A stretch of 64,000 bases of DNA from Tubulanus polymorphus (taxonomy: Eukaryota > Animalia > Nemertea), in the NCBI RefSeq assembly GCF_964204645.1, contig NC_134030.1:17630210-17694209 (forward strand), written 5' to 3'. The notes below the pieces were generated by a model. It was given only the letters and a program-made list of their open reading frames with translations, made no database searches and was not told the origin of the DNA. Each line of letters starts with the position of its first letter. The stretch's first letter is position 1. Below, one piece after another: positions 26,927 to 39,601 of this stretch. A program made the position numbers and the translations under genes.

Positions 26927-29900
26927 TTGAGACGTCAGAATATTTTTGAAGGGCTTACTAATGATGCGCGTGACAGAATAAAGTTTGTACGTGCACACCG
27001 TGTCGGAAAATATAGTGCTGGAACTGTGCGACCGATTGTCGTTAAGTTCCACTTTTACCCTGATAGGGAAGAAATTCGTGGAAAATCCGCACTTCTGAAA
27101 TCTCGTGGTCTTAGAATCGCCCAACAAGTCCCTAAAGAAATCCGAGAACGTAGAAAAGCATACAACAACGTTGTGGAGGACCAATGTATACTTGGGTCCC
27201 CCTCCCGATCCGGATGCTATTAATATGCAATTACTTGAGTTCGATCATGGGGTACGAAAATTACTTGAAGACCATGATATTGACACAACTAGATCATCTC
27301 AAGATGATACTGTTAGACGAGATATTAGAGGCATGAATATGATAAACATGTGCATAGGTTGTAATTTGTTAATCTTAAACGGTAGGGCATTTCAGGATAA
27401 ATCGGTTGGAAAGTTTACGTGTCATCAACCAGGTGGCAAAAGTGTGGTCGATTATGTATTAGCCGATTTTAACATGATTGATATACTGTCTGACTTCCAC
27501 GTGTCTGACGAATTACCTTTCTCTGACCACGCGATAATTTCTTTTAGTTTGCAGGCTAGGATTGATAAACACGATAATACCTCAAATACAAATTTTACGT
27601 CCCATAACAAAACTACTTGTCACAAATTCAAATGGCGTAAAGAAAGGGAAGTTGAATTTGCTCAGTATATGCATTCAGATGATACCCAATCTTACCTCAA
27701 CGATATTATAAACAATGCAATTAATAGAGAACATAATGAGTTTTCAATTAACGAATTGGTTAACGATTTTTCAAAATTCTTCCAGTCTTGCGGTCGAAAA
27801 AGTTCATGGTTCATTTCAAAATTCGAGGAACATGAATAACAATAGGCCTATATCATGGTATGACGGCTCGTGCAGAAAAGCACGAAACGTGTTCAGCCGG
27901 GCAGTGCATCGACACAGATTATACCCGAATGATTTAAACCGATTTCTGGTCAAAGAAGCACGGGATAAATACAAGTCCACTATAAATAGTGCTAAAGCAT
28001 TGTATGATGAACGTATGCTGGATGACCTGCTGAAAGCGCTAGATTCAAATAACCACAGAGATCTATGGTCCAAATTTAAAGGGCCCAATGAATACGTTGA
28101 TACTCAACTAAGCATTGATGACTTATATGAGCATTTTAAAAGTGTCTCGTATGAAGATCGCCCTCCACTGGATGTTGATATCGACGTATCTGATCACATA
28201 CTTGATCAGCAAATCACATTGGAGGAGGTTAATAGAGCATTTAAAATGCTAAAAAGAAATAAATCTGCAGGAATAGATGGTATAAAAGGCGAGGTATTTA
28301 TCGCTGGTGGTAACCCAATTATTACTCAACTTACTATTCTTTTTAATATTATATTAGATAGTGGACGCTAACCCGAATCATGGAGCACTGGCTATATTGT
28401 TCCACTACACAAGGGTGGTTCAAACAATTCAGCAAATAATTACAGGGGCATAACCATCTTGTCGGTATTTGGCAAACTCTTCTCAATAATTTTGAATACT
28501 AGATTAACTTCATGGTGTGAGGCATACTCTGTTCTATCGGAGGCGCAAGCTGGCTTTAGGCCAACTTATAGTACAACGGACCAAATATTTGTATTGAATT
28601 CGGTTATAAATCACCTGTTAAACAAGAATTGCAAATTATACGCGGCCTTCATTGATTTTTCGAAGGCGTTTGATGTGGTTGACCGCTCGTTATTACTACA
28701 ACAACTCTCTGTGAGTGGGATCTCGGGTAAAATATTATGTATTATCAAATCTATGTATATGTCCAGAAAATCATGTGTAAGATATCAAAACCATTACTCT
28801 GATTATTTTATTTGTGACACAGGGGTCAGATTCTCCTGACTCTCTTCAAGTGGCGCTCGATAATGTTTATATCTATTGTGAAACCAAACATATTAAGATA
28901 AATTATGATAAAACAAAGATAGTTATATTTAGGAAATCTGCTAACGCTCGGTTATATAAATGGACAATTAACGGTCGAGTACTTGAATGTGTGAGTCATT
29001 TCAAATACCTAGGCTTGGTATTTAATTTTAATGGAAAATTTACTCAAACTATAGACTCGCTAGCAAATAATGGAAAAGCAGCGTATTTCACATTTTGCAA
29101 ATATCTTTTATGCTACACAAACATAACAACACGCTTAGCACTCAAGTTCTTTAACGCCATGGTTGTACCGGTCTTAAACTATGGATGTCAAATATGGGGG
29201 TTTCAGGTAGAGAAGAAATTGGAGCGCATTGTTCTTAAATTCTATAAATCTCTACTGGGTGTAAAACAGACCACACCGGACTTTTTTGTCTATGGGGAAT
29301 TAGGTGAATATCCACTGTTTATTAACCAGCGACTACAGGTACTGAAATACTGGCTAAAGATCATTAAAACAAAACCTGAAAAATTTTCAAAAAGAGTTTA
29401 TGATTTCATGTTCACCGTATGTCAAGGTTCACTTCACATAGTAAATTGGGCATCAAAAGTTAGGGATCTGTTGAATAGCCTGGGATATGGCGAATTCTGG
29501 ATTAATCAGAGGGTTGAAAACGAATTGTGGTTTATCCGTTCAGTCGAACAACGTATGAAAGATATTTATTGTCAAAATTGGTTTAATGCAATATCTACGT
29601 CTAATAAAGCGTTATACTATCGGGACTATAAAATGACTATCATGTATGAGCCATATCTGGACATGTCAAAATTCATTAGAACTACTATAGCAAGATTTAG
29701 GTGTTCAAGTCATGATTTAAAAGTGGAGACTGGTAGATGGACGAGACCTCCATTACCGTATGCTCACCGCACATGCTTCCGGTGTAATATTAATGCAGTT
29801 GAAGACGAATATCATATCGTTTTGATATGTCCCTTTTATGATAACCTTAGTTTAGAATATATCAACTCGAGATACTGGAACAACCCAAATACAGCGAAAT

Positions 29901-30100
29901 TTTCTATTCTAATGCGTAATAACAATGATTTTTCAAACCTTTCGAAATTCCTTAAGAAAGTTTATATACTCAGGCAACCTTAACTTATTATGTAATCCAC
30001 ATACATGTATCAATGTTTGTTCTATGTTATATTGTTTCCCGCCATTTATGCTTGTATTTCGATTTTTGTCATAAAAGTTTATAACTTTGGCAATAAATAC
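26927..30100 (+). mobile_element. 5'-truncated, internally deleted non-LTR retrotransposon (RTE-X / L2-CR1-group-like)
   Basis: ORF1 C-terminus (RAHRVG..RPIVVKF), APE C-half (LILNGR..FTC..SVVDY..SDH), RT N-part (KSAGIDGI, NYRGITI, QAGFR, FIDFSKAFD, GVR), KYLG and a CCHC zinc finger (RTCFRC..EDEYHIVLIC). AATAAA is followed by (TA)n. Confidence 0.9.
27105..29983 (+). pseudogene. LINE ORF2 (endonuclease/reverse transcriptase), frameshifted; the YADD-containing segment is deleted
   Basis: Four overlapping ORF pieces; GVR joins directly to post-YADD sequence at ~28830. Confidence 0.85.
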
Positions 30101-30121
30101 ATATATAATATATTATATATA

Positions 30122-30251
<130 letters not shown>

Positions 30252-31019
30252 TTGTATTGGTGTAATAATTGTGCTAATAAGTAGTATACTATAGCGACGA
30301 CACCAGACATATTTAGACAATTTGAGTGATAATGTACACGGTATTTGAGGGTCTGCGACGAATGATTTTTAGAAAGTTAAATAGCTGTAGCGCAGGTTCT
30401 AATAATGAGCCTAATATAGTCCAGTTATAGTCAATATGACTAGTTAAATTTTTTCTTCATTGATTGACGCTGGGAGGTCTAGATCAAATTATATTGTCAA
30501 TCAAATCAATTATTTTACAACTGCAAATTCACATTTGATATTGATATTAATAATCAATATTACTTACTCCATTATGTTACGCACTGCTGCAAATTGTAAT
30601 AAAGTGTGCTTTGCATGAGTATGAAATTAACACAAGCTGAAAGAATAGCAATTTAAATACGTGGATGATAAAAATCAAGTTAAAAGGTGTAGGGACGGAG
30701 AGATCTGGCGAAAAAAAAAAGTAATGGGTGCAAAGTGGACCCGTGCCTAATTGCCCGACCAAAAACGACGGACCAGACCTGAGTCAAATTAAGCGTGTTG
30801 ATTTAAACTGGTTCTGGAAGTCAGTCACTTCGCTTGGTTTAAGTATGGACTCGTTTTAGATTCCGTGGTTTAAGCATTGTTTAGTAACGAATGAATGGGT
30901 TTGAATTTGAATGTGAAATGAATTTGAACATGAAAATCTGCGCGCTCTTTGGTAAGCCATGCGTAAAATTTAAGTCGGACCTGATTCAAGCGAATTTAGC
31001 CCCGACAAATCGTCTCTAT

Positions 31020-31283
31020 AGCCGCGATCACACGTGTATTTTTGGCCCGGAACAACTGTTCACACGGGTGCCAAATTTGGCCCCACCAAAAACGTTGGAC
31101 CAGGCCCGAGCACCAGACAAATGACTGCGTTTGAATTGCAACTAGCACCGTAAATGATCCACTTCGCTTTAAGTATCGAGTGAATGGTTTGCGTGTGAAC
31201 GCGCTCTCTAATTACCACATTTGGCCCGAGCCTGATCGGTGCTAATTTGGCCCGGGCCAAATCGTCTCCGTGTGATCGCGGCT
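31020..31283. mobile_element. Harbinger-type MITE
   Basis: Perfect 15-bp TIR AGCCGCGATCACACG / CGTGTGATCGCGGCT with a 3-bp TAT duplication on both flanks and internal TTTGGCCC repeats. Confidence 0.8.
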
Positions 31284-32699
31284 TATGTGGGTCATGATTG
31301 ATGAGAGAAATCTTTCCCTTTGTTTGCAAATTAGCCATTGTTCTAGTTTTAACTTCTGATTTGTACCCTGTATAGGGGTTTACATTTGTACTCTTTCATA
31401 GAAATACGACAGATATCAAATGGAATCTTTGATTAAAGACACTGTAGACCGGAACACACCATCCACCCGACCTAACATCCGCAATTATCTCATTAATGAG
31501 ATGATTGCTCGTAGATCCGACAGCTACGTTTTACAACTAGAAATATATTAGATCAGATTCCTAATAATAAAATCATTACTATTAAGAATATGTTATTAAT
31601 TATGGATAAATTCAAAAAGAATTGACAAAATATATTGCTTTGAATGGTCTTTAGATATTGGATAGGGCGATTTTGAATTATTTTTGGGGAATTTTATCGA
31701 GAAGCTCAAACTCTCTAAGGCGATAAAGTGTTTAAGGCAGATCTTTCCCGTTTATGGTCCCACCATATGAATTGCTCATGAAACTATTATGTATAAACAC
31801 CTCACAATTAACGTAATGACTCAGTGACGTCCTGTTGCACAAGCTATATTACACCATGATAAAAAGCCTATTATAGTCGAGTTGGATTTCTCGATGTATA
31901 AATGCAGGGAGGGTCGGGAGCTTTATGTTCAATAACATTAGGTTCCAATGTTTGCTCTATGGATTTCAAAAAATAAGAAAAATCTACGTTTAAACGTGAT
32001 ATCTGTTTCATTACTCGTGATATATCGGGGAATCTCTGCAATAAAATTTGACGATTTCAAAACTATTACAAAATGAGCAAATTGCGATTCTTAGTGATAT
32101 TTGCTAACAGTATGAATTCTAGCGTATATGCAGATTTGTGTGATATGTAATAAGTATCGTAGCGAGTAATCATTGAGAAAAGTATCTACCGTAGCTAGAT
32201 ATGACGATTAAAAATCCTATATCCAGAATATCTCCCTCCAAATACCTTCATCCGTTCAAAAACGATCCCCTGGTAAAGATTTCCTATTTAGAAATCTAAA
32301 AATCTAAATCCTAGGGTAAACATACCTGGGTAAAAGTCCCCTAAATATTCATACTTGGTGATTGTCAAGAATATTTCAAAGCACGATGTTTCTCGAATTT
32401 GCAATGAGACTGAAATATGTTTGAACTTTTAAATGAAATCTTTCGTTGCGATAAATTCTTACGGATAAGATAAATTGTAAAAATCAATAAGAGTAATAAA
32501 CTTTTATTTGTAATATCTTACGATTCGAACTGGAATATTTTTGAACTGCAGACTCTTGTTAACTTGTGGTATATTATTTCAGTTGTGCGATGCCATGAAT
32601 TATTAGAAATCACGTACTTTTGATATTAATTATTTTAGATTCAAGCTAGTGTAATATATTTGAAATGTGCGATGAACCCCTTTTTATATCCGGAATACG

Positions 32700-33443
32700 C
32701 CTATAGAGACCGTGTCAGAATTCAAATACATCGGCATGCTTTTTAACTACACTGGAAACTTTGCTAAATGTAGAAAGGCGATCTGTGATCATGCAAAGAA
32801 GGCATTATTTTTTGTATTACAGCAAGTACAGAGGCACAGTTTGGATATCGATGCCTCGTTCCAGATTTTTGAAGCAGTAGTTGGTTCAATACTTTCGTTT
32901 GGTAGCGAGGTTTGGGGTTTTATCAATTTAGATGCCGTTGAAAAAATTCATTTAATGTTTTGTAAGTATCTCACGGGCCATCTCATCATGCAGGAGTGGT
33001 CTCGCTCTGGGAAAATGTATAGAGTTTTGCTAAATTATCATGTTAATGGTAATAATAGTAAATGGATATCATGCGTAAAATCAACGTTAAAAAATTGGAA
33101 GATACCAAAACATACCAAGGAGCGATCGCTTATGTACCAAATGTAACCTAAACAAAATTGGTGACGAATTCCATTATGTTTTGGAATGTAACTACTTTTT
33201 GAACTTGCGAAATGCGTATATACCCGAATTTTTGACAGTAAACCCAACTACCTACAAATTTAGGAAATTATTCAACACAAATGATAGAAATGTGATAAGA
33301 AAATTTGCAGTTTATGTTAAAATATTATGTAGAAGTATGTAAACTCTTATTTCTATGTATATTACTGCTGTTTTTGTGCTCGAAAAATTATGTACAATTT
33401 GGAGCAATAAAGAATAAATGTAAAAAAAAAAAAAAAAAAAAAA
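32700..33443 (+). mobile_element. 3' fragment of a second non-LTR retrotransposon with poly(A) tail
   Basis: FKYIG, GSEVWGF and a frameshifted CCHC finger (RLCTKCNL..GDEFHYVLEC). AATAAA x2, then an A-tract at 33422-33443. Confidence 0.85.
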
Positions 33444-33984
33444 ACTAAGCTGTGCAATAACTACATGTATATGTACAAATTTAGTATCAATGAATTGTTA
33501 ATTTGTAGTATGTTTTAATTTAGATAGCATAGTTTGTATGGGCATATCGATATCCTTGAGGTGTTCGACAGTAAAATATGAATAAATTGGATATACGTAT
33601 CAATAATAGGAATTAATTGACCTTAAGATAGTATCTACTTATAATCCCTTCAAAGGGAGGGGATTACCTACTTTGAAGAATTGGGGATTTTTACCGAGGG
33701 GATTTTTACCTAGGGGATTTTTACTCGCTTACTTAGATGTTTTGAATTATTAACTTAGTTGTTTTGTTAAGTTTAAGTTCATCACTAGTAAGTTTATTCA
33801 TTGACCACTTGCATGATAGTTCTTGATATATTCTTTATATGCAATGAAATGAAATGTAAGTTCACCACATTTCTGAACTCATTAATACCGATTTTAATTG
33901 TTTTAAGCCCCATGAAAAATATATGATATCATTAAATTGAAAGTTTAATGTTTTATTAACATTGGCAGTAGTCCTCATAAATTT

Positions 33985-34105
33985 TCCTTGGCCTTTTTTT
34001 CGTGGCCATTTTTTCCCTTGGCCATTTTTTCCTAGGCAAATTTCCTTTGCCATTTTTTCCTTGGCCATTCTTTCCTGGTCATTTTTTCTTTGGCCATTTT
34101 TCCAA
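33985..34105. repeat. ~15-bp tandem repeat (GGCCATTTTTTCCTT)n
   Basis: About 8 degenerate copies immediately left of the Polinton-like element. Confidence 0.8.
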
Positions 34106-34262
34106 CATTCTGGGGTTTTTACCGCTAACCTTTAGCAATGCACTGTAATGAACAATTTACTTTGTTTTGCTAAATTAACTACAGTAATTAGGAAATAGCG
34201 TTTTCAGATCGGAGGTCGAGGGTCGACCACTCATCACCACAAGTAATTTTTTTTCCTAATAA

Positions 34263-37200
34263 ATGGGGGAGAATGAACACCAGCCAGAAAATAATAATGT
34301 TAATAAAAATCAATATTATTGCCAATATTGTAAGAAAATACATCGATAAATCCCAAAAATCACGACATGAAAAAACTGCAAATCATATAAAAAATGTAAT
34401 AGATTTTGAAACTCCAGAAAATTCCAATGAAAGAAAAGAACGATTAGAAAATATGAATGTGGATGAAATAAAATGTGAAGTTTGTAATGAATTTATAGTA
34501 AAAAAGAATTATAATAGACATCTCGAATCACAAAAACACCATCAAAATTTGAGTAATAATGTTTTAGGAAAAGATTATTTTGATGATAAACCTCAAAAAG
34601 TAAAAAAAAAAAAACTTCAAAAACTAAATCCATTTCAAATAAACCTTACATGGAAAATGTTAGAAATTATATTGATTCACTAGAAATAAAAGATACAATT
34701 GAAATTTTAGAAACATTACATAGTAAAATTGGTCCTGCAGCTATTATATTTAGATTAGAAGATTATAGAAGATTATAGTACATTTAATGAAATAATAGAA
34801 AAAATACTAGATTTGATAACAGATGTTGAATATCCAAAAATTAGTATCTCTGGGAAAGTAAGTTTTATAAAAGTCAGAAGAAAAAATGAATTATAATATT
34901 CAAACACACTCTGAAGAAATAATTTCATAAACACAAATAAAAGAGAAGTTAGAAAAAATATTTAATGAATTTAAACGTCATATTGAAGAAAGATATTTTG
35001 AGGGTTCTGGCTTAACATTGAATGAAATTATATATTTAGATTTAAATGTTTATGATACAAAAAGGAATAAAACATCAAAAAGTAATAAAATGTTTAAAGA
35101 TAATTCAAACTTTACAACAGAAAAGGAGGATATTAAAGGATCATCTTATATTAAATTACCATTTACAATAAAAGCAGTAATAAATGTTCAAAATGAAGAT
35201 AACAAATGTTTTCTGTGGGCAATTATAAGTTGCTTACATCCAACTAAGGAAAATGTTTGTAGAATAACAGATTATCGGAAATATGAAACATCATATAAAA
35301 TTGATCAATATCCAGTAACTATAAAAATGATTCCTAAAATAGAAAAAATTAATAATTTAAAAATAAATGTATTCGAATTAATGCAATTACCAAAGACAAA
35401 AGGTGAAAATATTAAAGATTATACATTGGAAACTTTATATTTAACAGAATATTATGATGATGAAAATGCTATAGATTTGTTATTTTACAAAAAAGATGAA
35501 AATGAACATTATATGTGGTTAAAACAAATTGATCTATTCTTTAGAACAGAAAGTGATTTTAACAGTCATAAAATTTATCTATGTAGAAAATGTTTATCTA
35601 AATTTAGAACTGAGAATGCGTTACTAAAACAAAAAGAATTATGCGATAATAAAGATTTTTGCAAATTAATAATGCCAACAGAAAAAGATTATAAACTGAA
35701 ATTTACTAATCATAAATCTAAAATTATTGTTCCATTTGTAATTTATGGGGATTTTGAATCGTTGAATAAAGAATTAACTGATCAAGATAGAAAAGAAATA
35801 TATAACAAAAAGCAATTATTAAAATCAATGGATAAAGGAAATGAATTAAATGAAGACACAACACAAGATAATTATAAATACAATTTAAAAAGTTCATCAA
35901 AGAGCTGCTGCTTATGGAATTTACATCAAATCAAATTATCCCGAATTATATGAAAGTCAATATATTTCTTTTAGAGGTGAAGATGTAGTTAATGATTTTT
36001 GTAATAAAATAATTGAATTAGAAAGTGATTTTGCAAAATTATTAAACAAAAATAAAAGAATAGTTATGACAAAAGAAGATGAAATTGATTTTAATTATGC
36101 GACTCATTGTTGTTATTGTGAAAAACGTTTATTATTCATTTGATAAAAAAGTTAGAGATCATGATCATTTAAATTCAAAATATCGTGGAGCTGCTCATGA
36201 AGATTGTAATTTACAAGCTAAAAAAGTAAATTTCGTTCCAATATCATTTCTTAATTTATCAGGCTATGATACCCATCTATTTATAAAACAATTATCGGGA
36301 AAATTGGGCGCAATTAATCAAGAAATAGAAGATTATAATGCTATGGATGGTGTAAATGTAAGAAAATATGATTTTAAACTATTAGCTAAAACATCCGAAA
36401 ATTATATTTCATTTCAATTTGGTTGCATTAGATTTTTAGATTCTTATAGATTTCTAGCAAGTTCATTAGATAATTTATCAAAAAGTTTAGTTGATAATGA
36501 TTTTATAATAACTCGACATTATTACCCAAATGAACAAGATTTTAAATTATTGAGATATAAAGGCGCAATTCCTTATTCATTTTATAAAACACATGATGAT
36601 TTTAATGTAACAGAATTATTAAAAGAACAATTTTATGATCAATTAAAAGAGGAGGATGTGAAAGACGAAGTGTTTAATAGAACATTAAATATTTGGAACC
36701 ATTTTAAGATGAAAAATCATGGTGAATTAGTTGATTTATATTTAAGATCAGATGTTATGATATTGGCTGACATATTTGAAAAATTTAGAGAAGTTAATTT
36801 GAATCATTTTAATGTTGATCCTTGTTATTGCTACTCTAGTCCTGGTTTAACCTGGCAATGTGGTTTAAAAATATACAAATGTAGAATTAGATTTATTAAA
36901 AGAACCAGACATGGTTTTATTATTTGAAAAATCAATTAGAGGTGGAATTAGTGGTGTTATGGGAGGTATTTATGGTATTTTAAAGCAAATGATGAATATA
37001 AATTATTATATATTGACACCAATAATTTATATGGTTGGGCAATGATGCAACCTCAACCATATAAAAATCTTATATTAACAGAAGTTGAAAATGATGATAA
37101 AACTGATTGGGAAAGCGCAATTATGAGTTTAAAAGATGAAGCACCAATTGGTTATTTCTTTGTAGTTGATTTAGAATATCCTGAAAATATAAAGTTTAAA

Positions 37201-39326
37201 ACAAGAAACTTACCTTATTGCCCAGAACATTTAACTGTAGATGATAGTTATTTAAGTGAATACCTGAAGAAAAAAAAACCGAAAGATCATGTTTTTACAG
37301 AAAAATTAATACTTACTCAAAATAATAAATACAATTATATCGTTCATTATAGAATGTTAAAATTTTATCTAAAACAAGGAATGAAATTAAAGAAAGTACA
37401 TAGATATATTGAATTTAATCAATCGAAGTGGTTAGAAAAATATATAGATTTCAATACTCAACAGAGAACAATATCAAAAACAGATTTTGAAAAAGATTTC
37501 TTCAAATTAATGAATAATAGTTTTTATGGTAAAACATGTGAAAATATTAGAAATAGAAATGATATTGAATTAGTAAATAATTCTGAAAGATTAAGACATT
37601 TACAATCAAGTCCTAGACATTTAGGAAATAAAAGATCTGAAGATTATTTAACAGCAGTTAAATTAAAAAGAACGTCAATGAAATTTAATAAACCTATATT
37701 CATTGGTTCAACTGTTTTAGAAGTATCAAAATTATTAATGTATGATCTTTATTATAATGTTTTACAACCACTTTTTGGGGAAACGCATATTGAAATATTA
37801 TATTTTGATTCTGTAACAGCTGACACCCCAATATCATTAAAATGTAATAATAAAATATTAATTAGAAGAATTTCAGAAATAATTCCAAAACAAAATGAAT
37901 GTTATATTTCATATGGTGAAAAAGAATTAATACAAATAAATGAATTAATGGATGTTTGGACAAGAAATGGATGGAAAAAATTAAAGAATATTATTAGGCA
38001 TAAAACAAATAAGAAAATCCATAGAGTTAGAACTAAATTAGGGTTTGTAGATGTTACAGAAGATCATAGTTTAATTAAACGAAATGGTAATGAAATAAAA
38101 CCAACTGATATAAAAATTGGAGATGAATTATTACATAAAAGATTTTTCCAAAGAATGAATCATATGTCATTTGATGAAATTGTTGATAATATTTATAATA
38201 TAAAATCCGAAACATTAGAAGAAAAAGAATATTTTATCAAAGGATTTTTCATGGGTGATGGTTCAGCAGGTGTGTATAATTATGTTTGGGGTAATAAATA
38301 TAATAGTTGGTATATATGCAATCAAGACTTAAAATTATTAGAAAGAAATTCTGTGAAGAAGTTTATTCTCATAAAACATTTAAAATCATAGATGTTATGA
38401 AATCATCAGCAGTTTATAGAATACATGTAAATAATCCTAATGATTTTGCTATAAAATGTAATGATGAATTCTATATTCATGCAATAGTGAAAAGTAATAC
38501 TTCAACAAAAGAAAAGATAGTTCCAGGTTATGTATTAAATGCAAAAAATAATTTGAGAAAGTGGTTCTTCATTGGATTCTATGCCGCAGATGGCACTAAA
38601 AAATTTACAAAGGATAAAAAGATAACCTTTGCACAGAAAGGACAAGTTGCTATATCAGGATTAAATATATTATGCAGTTCATTAGGATTTAATATGAATA
38701 TAGAATTAATTAAATCTAAACCAAATTGTTTTAATTTAAGGCATGTAGAAAAAGAATTAACAGAAGAAGTTAAAGATTTATTTGAAATATATAACCCATC
38801 AGATTATGTTTATGATTTATCAACTGAAGATGGTACATTCAACTGTGGATTTCCATTAATTGCAAAAAATACTGACAGTTACATACTAAAAATCAAGACA
38901 AATGACATAACAAAAGACTTAAAAACATTAAAACATCATTTTGATTTTAGCAATTATCCCAAAGATCATGAACTATTTAGCAATGATAATAAAAATATTC
39001 CTGGTAAATTTTAAGATGAATTAGGGGATGTTGAAATGATTGAATTTGTTGGGATAAGAAGTAAAATGTATAGTTATAGAACAAAAGATCATGAAGCTAA
39101 AAAGTTAAAAGGAATAACAAAACATGTGGTTGATAAACATATAGAATTTCAAGATTATATAAAGTGTTTATATAACTCAATTGTAATGAAACATAAAATG
39201 AATTGTTTAAGATCAGAAAATCACGAGATGTATATTAATGAAGTTGAAAAAACTAGTTTGAATCCATTTGATGATAAAAGGCATATTTTAGATGATGGTA
39301 TAAAAACATTACCTTATGGCCATTAA
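34263..39326 (+). pseudogene. Protein-primed family B DNA polymerase (pPolB) with N-terminal zinc fingers, an HNH-like insert and an intein; several frameshifts and stops
   Basis: INVQNEDNKCFLWAI; ExoI VIYGDFES; ExoII NLSGYDTHLFIK; FLDSYRFL; ExoIII YLRSDV; IRGG; motif A YIDTNNLYGWAM; motif B KLMNNSFYGKT; motif C YFD|TDS split by the intein; EFVGIRSKMY; KLKGI; FDDKR. Confidence 0.93.
37810..38870 (+). mobile_element. Full-length intein with LAGLIDADG homing endonuclease in pPolB motif C (pol-c site); one frameshift at ~38345
   Basis: N-extein YFD (37801-37809). Block A SVTADTP; block B DVTEDHSL; LAGLIDADG motifs FIKGFFMGDGS (38233) and FFIGFYAADGT (38565); block F YVYDLSTEDGTF; block G LIAKN. 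C-extein TDS (38871). Confidence 0.93.
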
Positions 39327-39601
39327 AACAGAAAATCAATATCATCATACTCGAAATCACTATTGGCTTCTTCATTTTCATTTAATTGTTCTTGTATAAT
39401 TCGTTTAGGTTCTTCCATTTCATTTTTCTCATTTAAATAACGTGTTATATTGTGCCACATTTCATCTCGCTCTCTTTGTTTCTTTTTGTTTGTTAATTCA
39501 TCAAATGGAATTATAATATCGATGTTTAAATAATTTACAATCTTATTTAAAAAGAATTCACAATTAATTGAATCTGTTATTCTATTTTCCAAATGATACA
39601 T
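39323..39601 (-). CDS. Hypothetical viral protein (acidic C-terminus)
   Basis: Intact ORF; its start overlaps the upstream stop (TAATG). Confidence 0.55.
   Translation of the reverse strand: MYHLENRITDSINCEFFLNKIVNYLNIDIIIPFDELTNKKKQRERDEMWHNITRYLNEKNEMEEPKRIIQEQLNENEEANSDFEYDDIDFLF

Noticed and set aside
37810-38870. Hedgehog-type or BIL Hint domain instead of a true intein
   Set aside because: It sits precisely within a conserved catalytic motif, has terminal Asn and +1 Thr, and contains a LAGLIDADG endonuclease.
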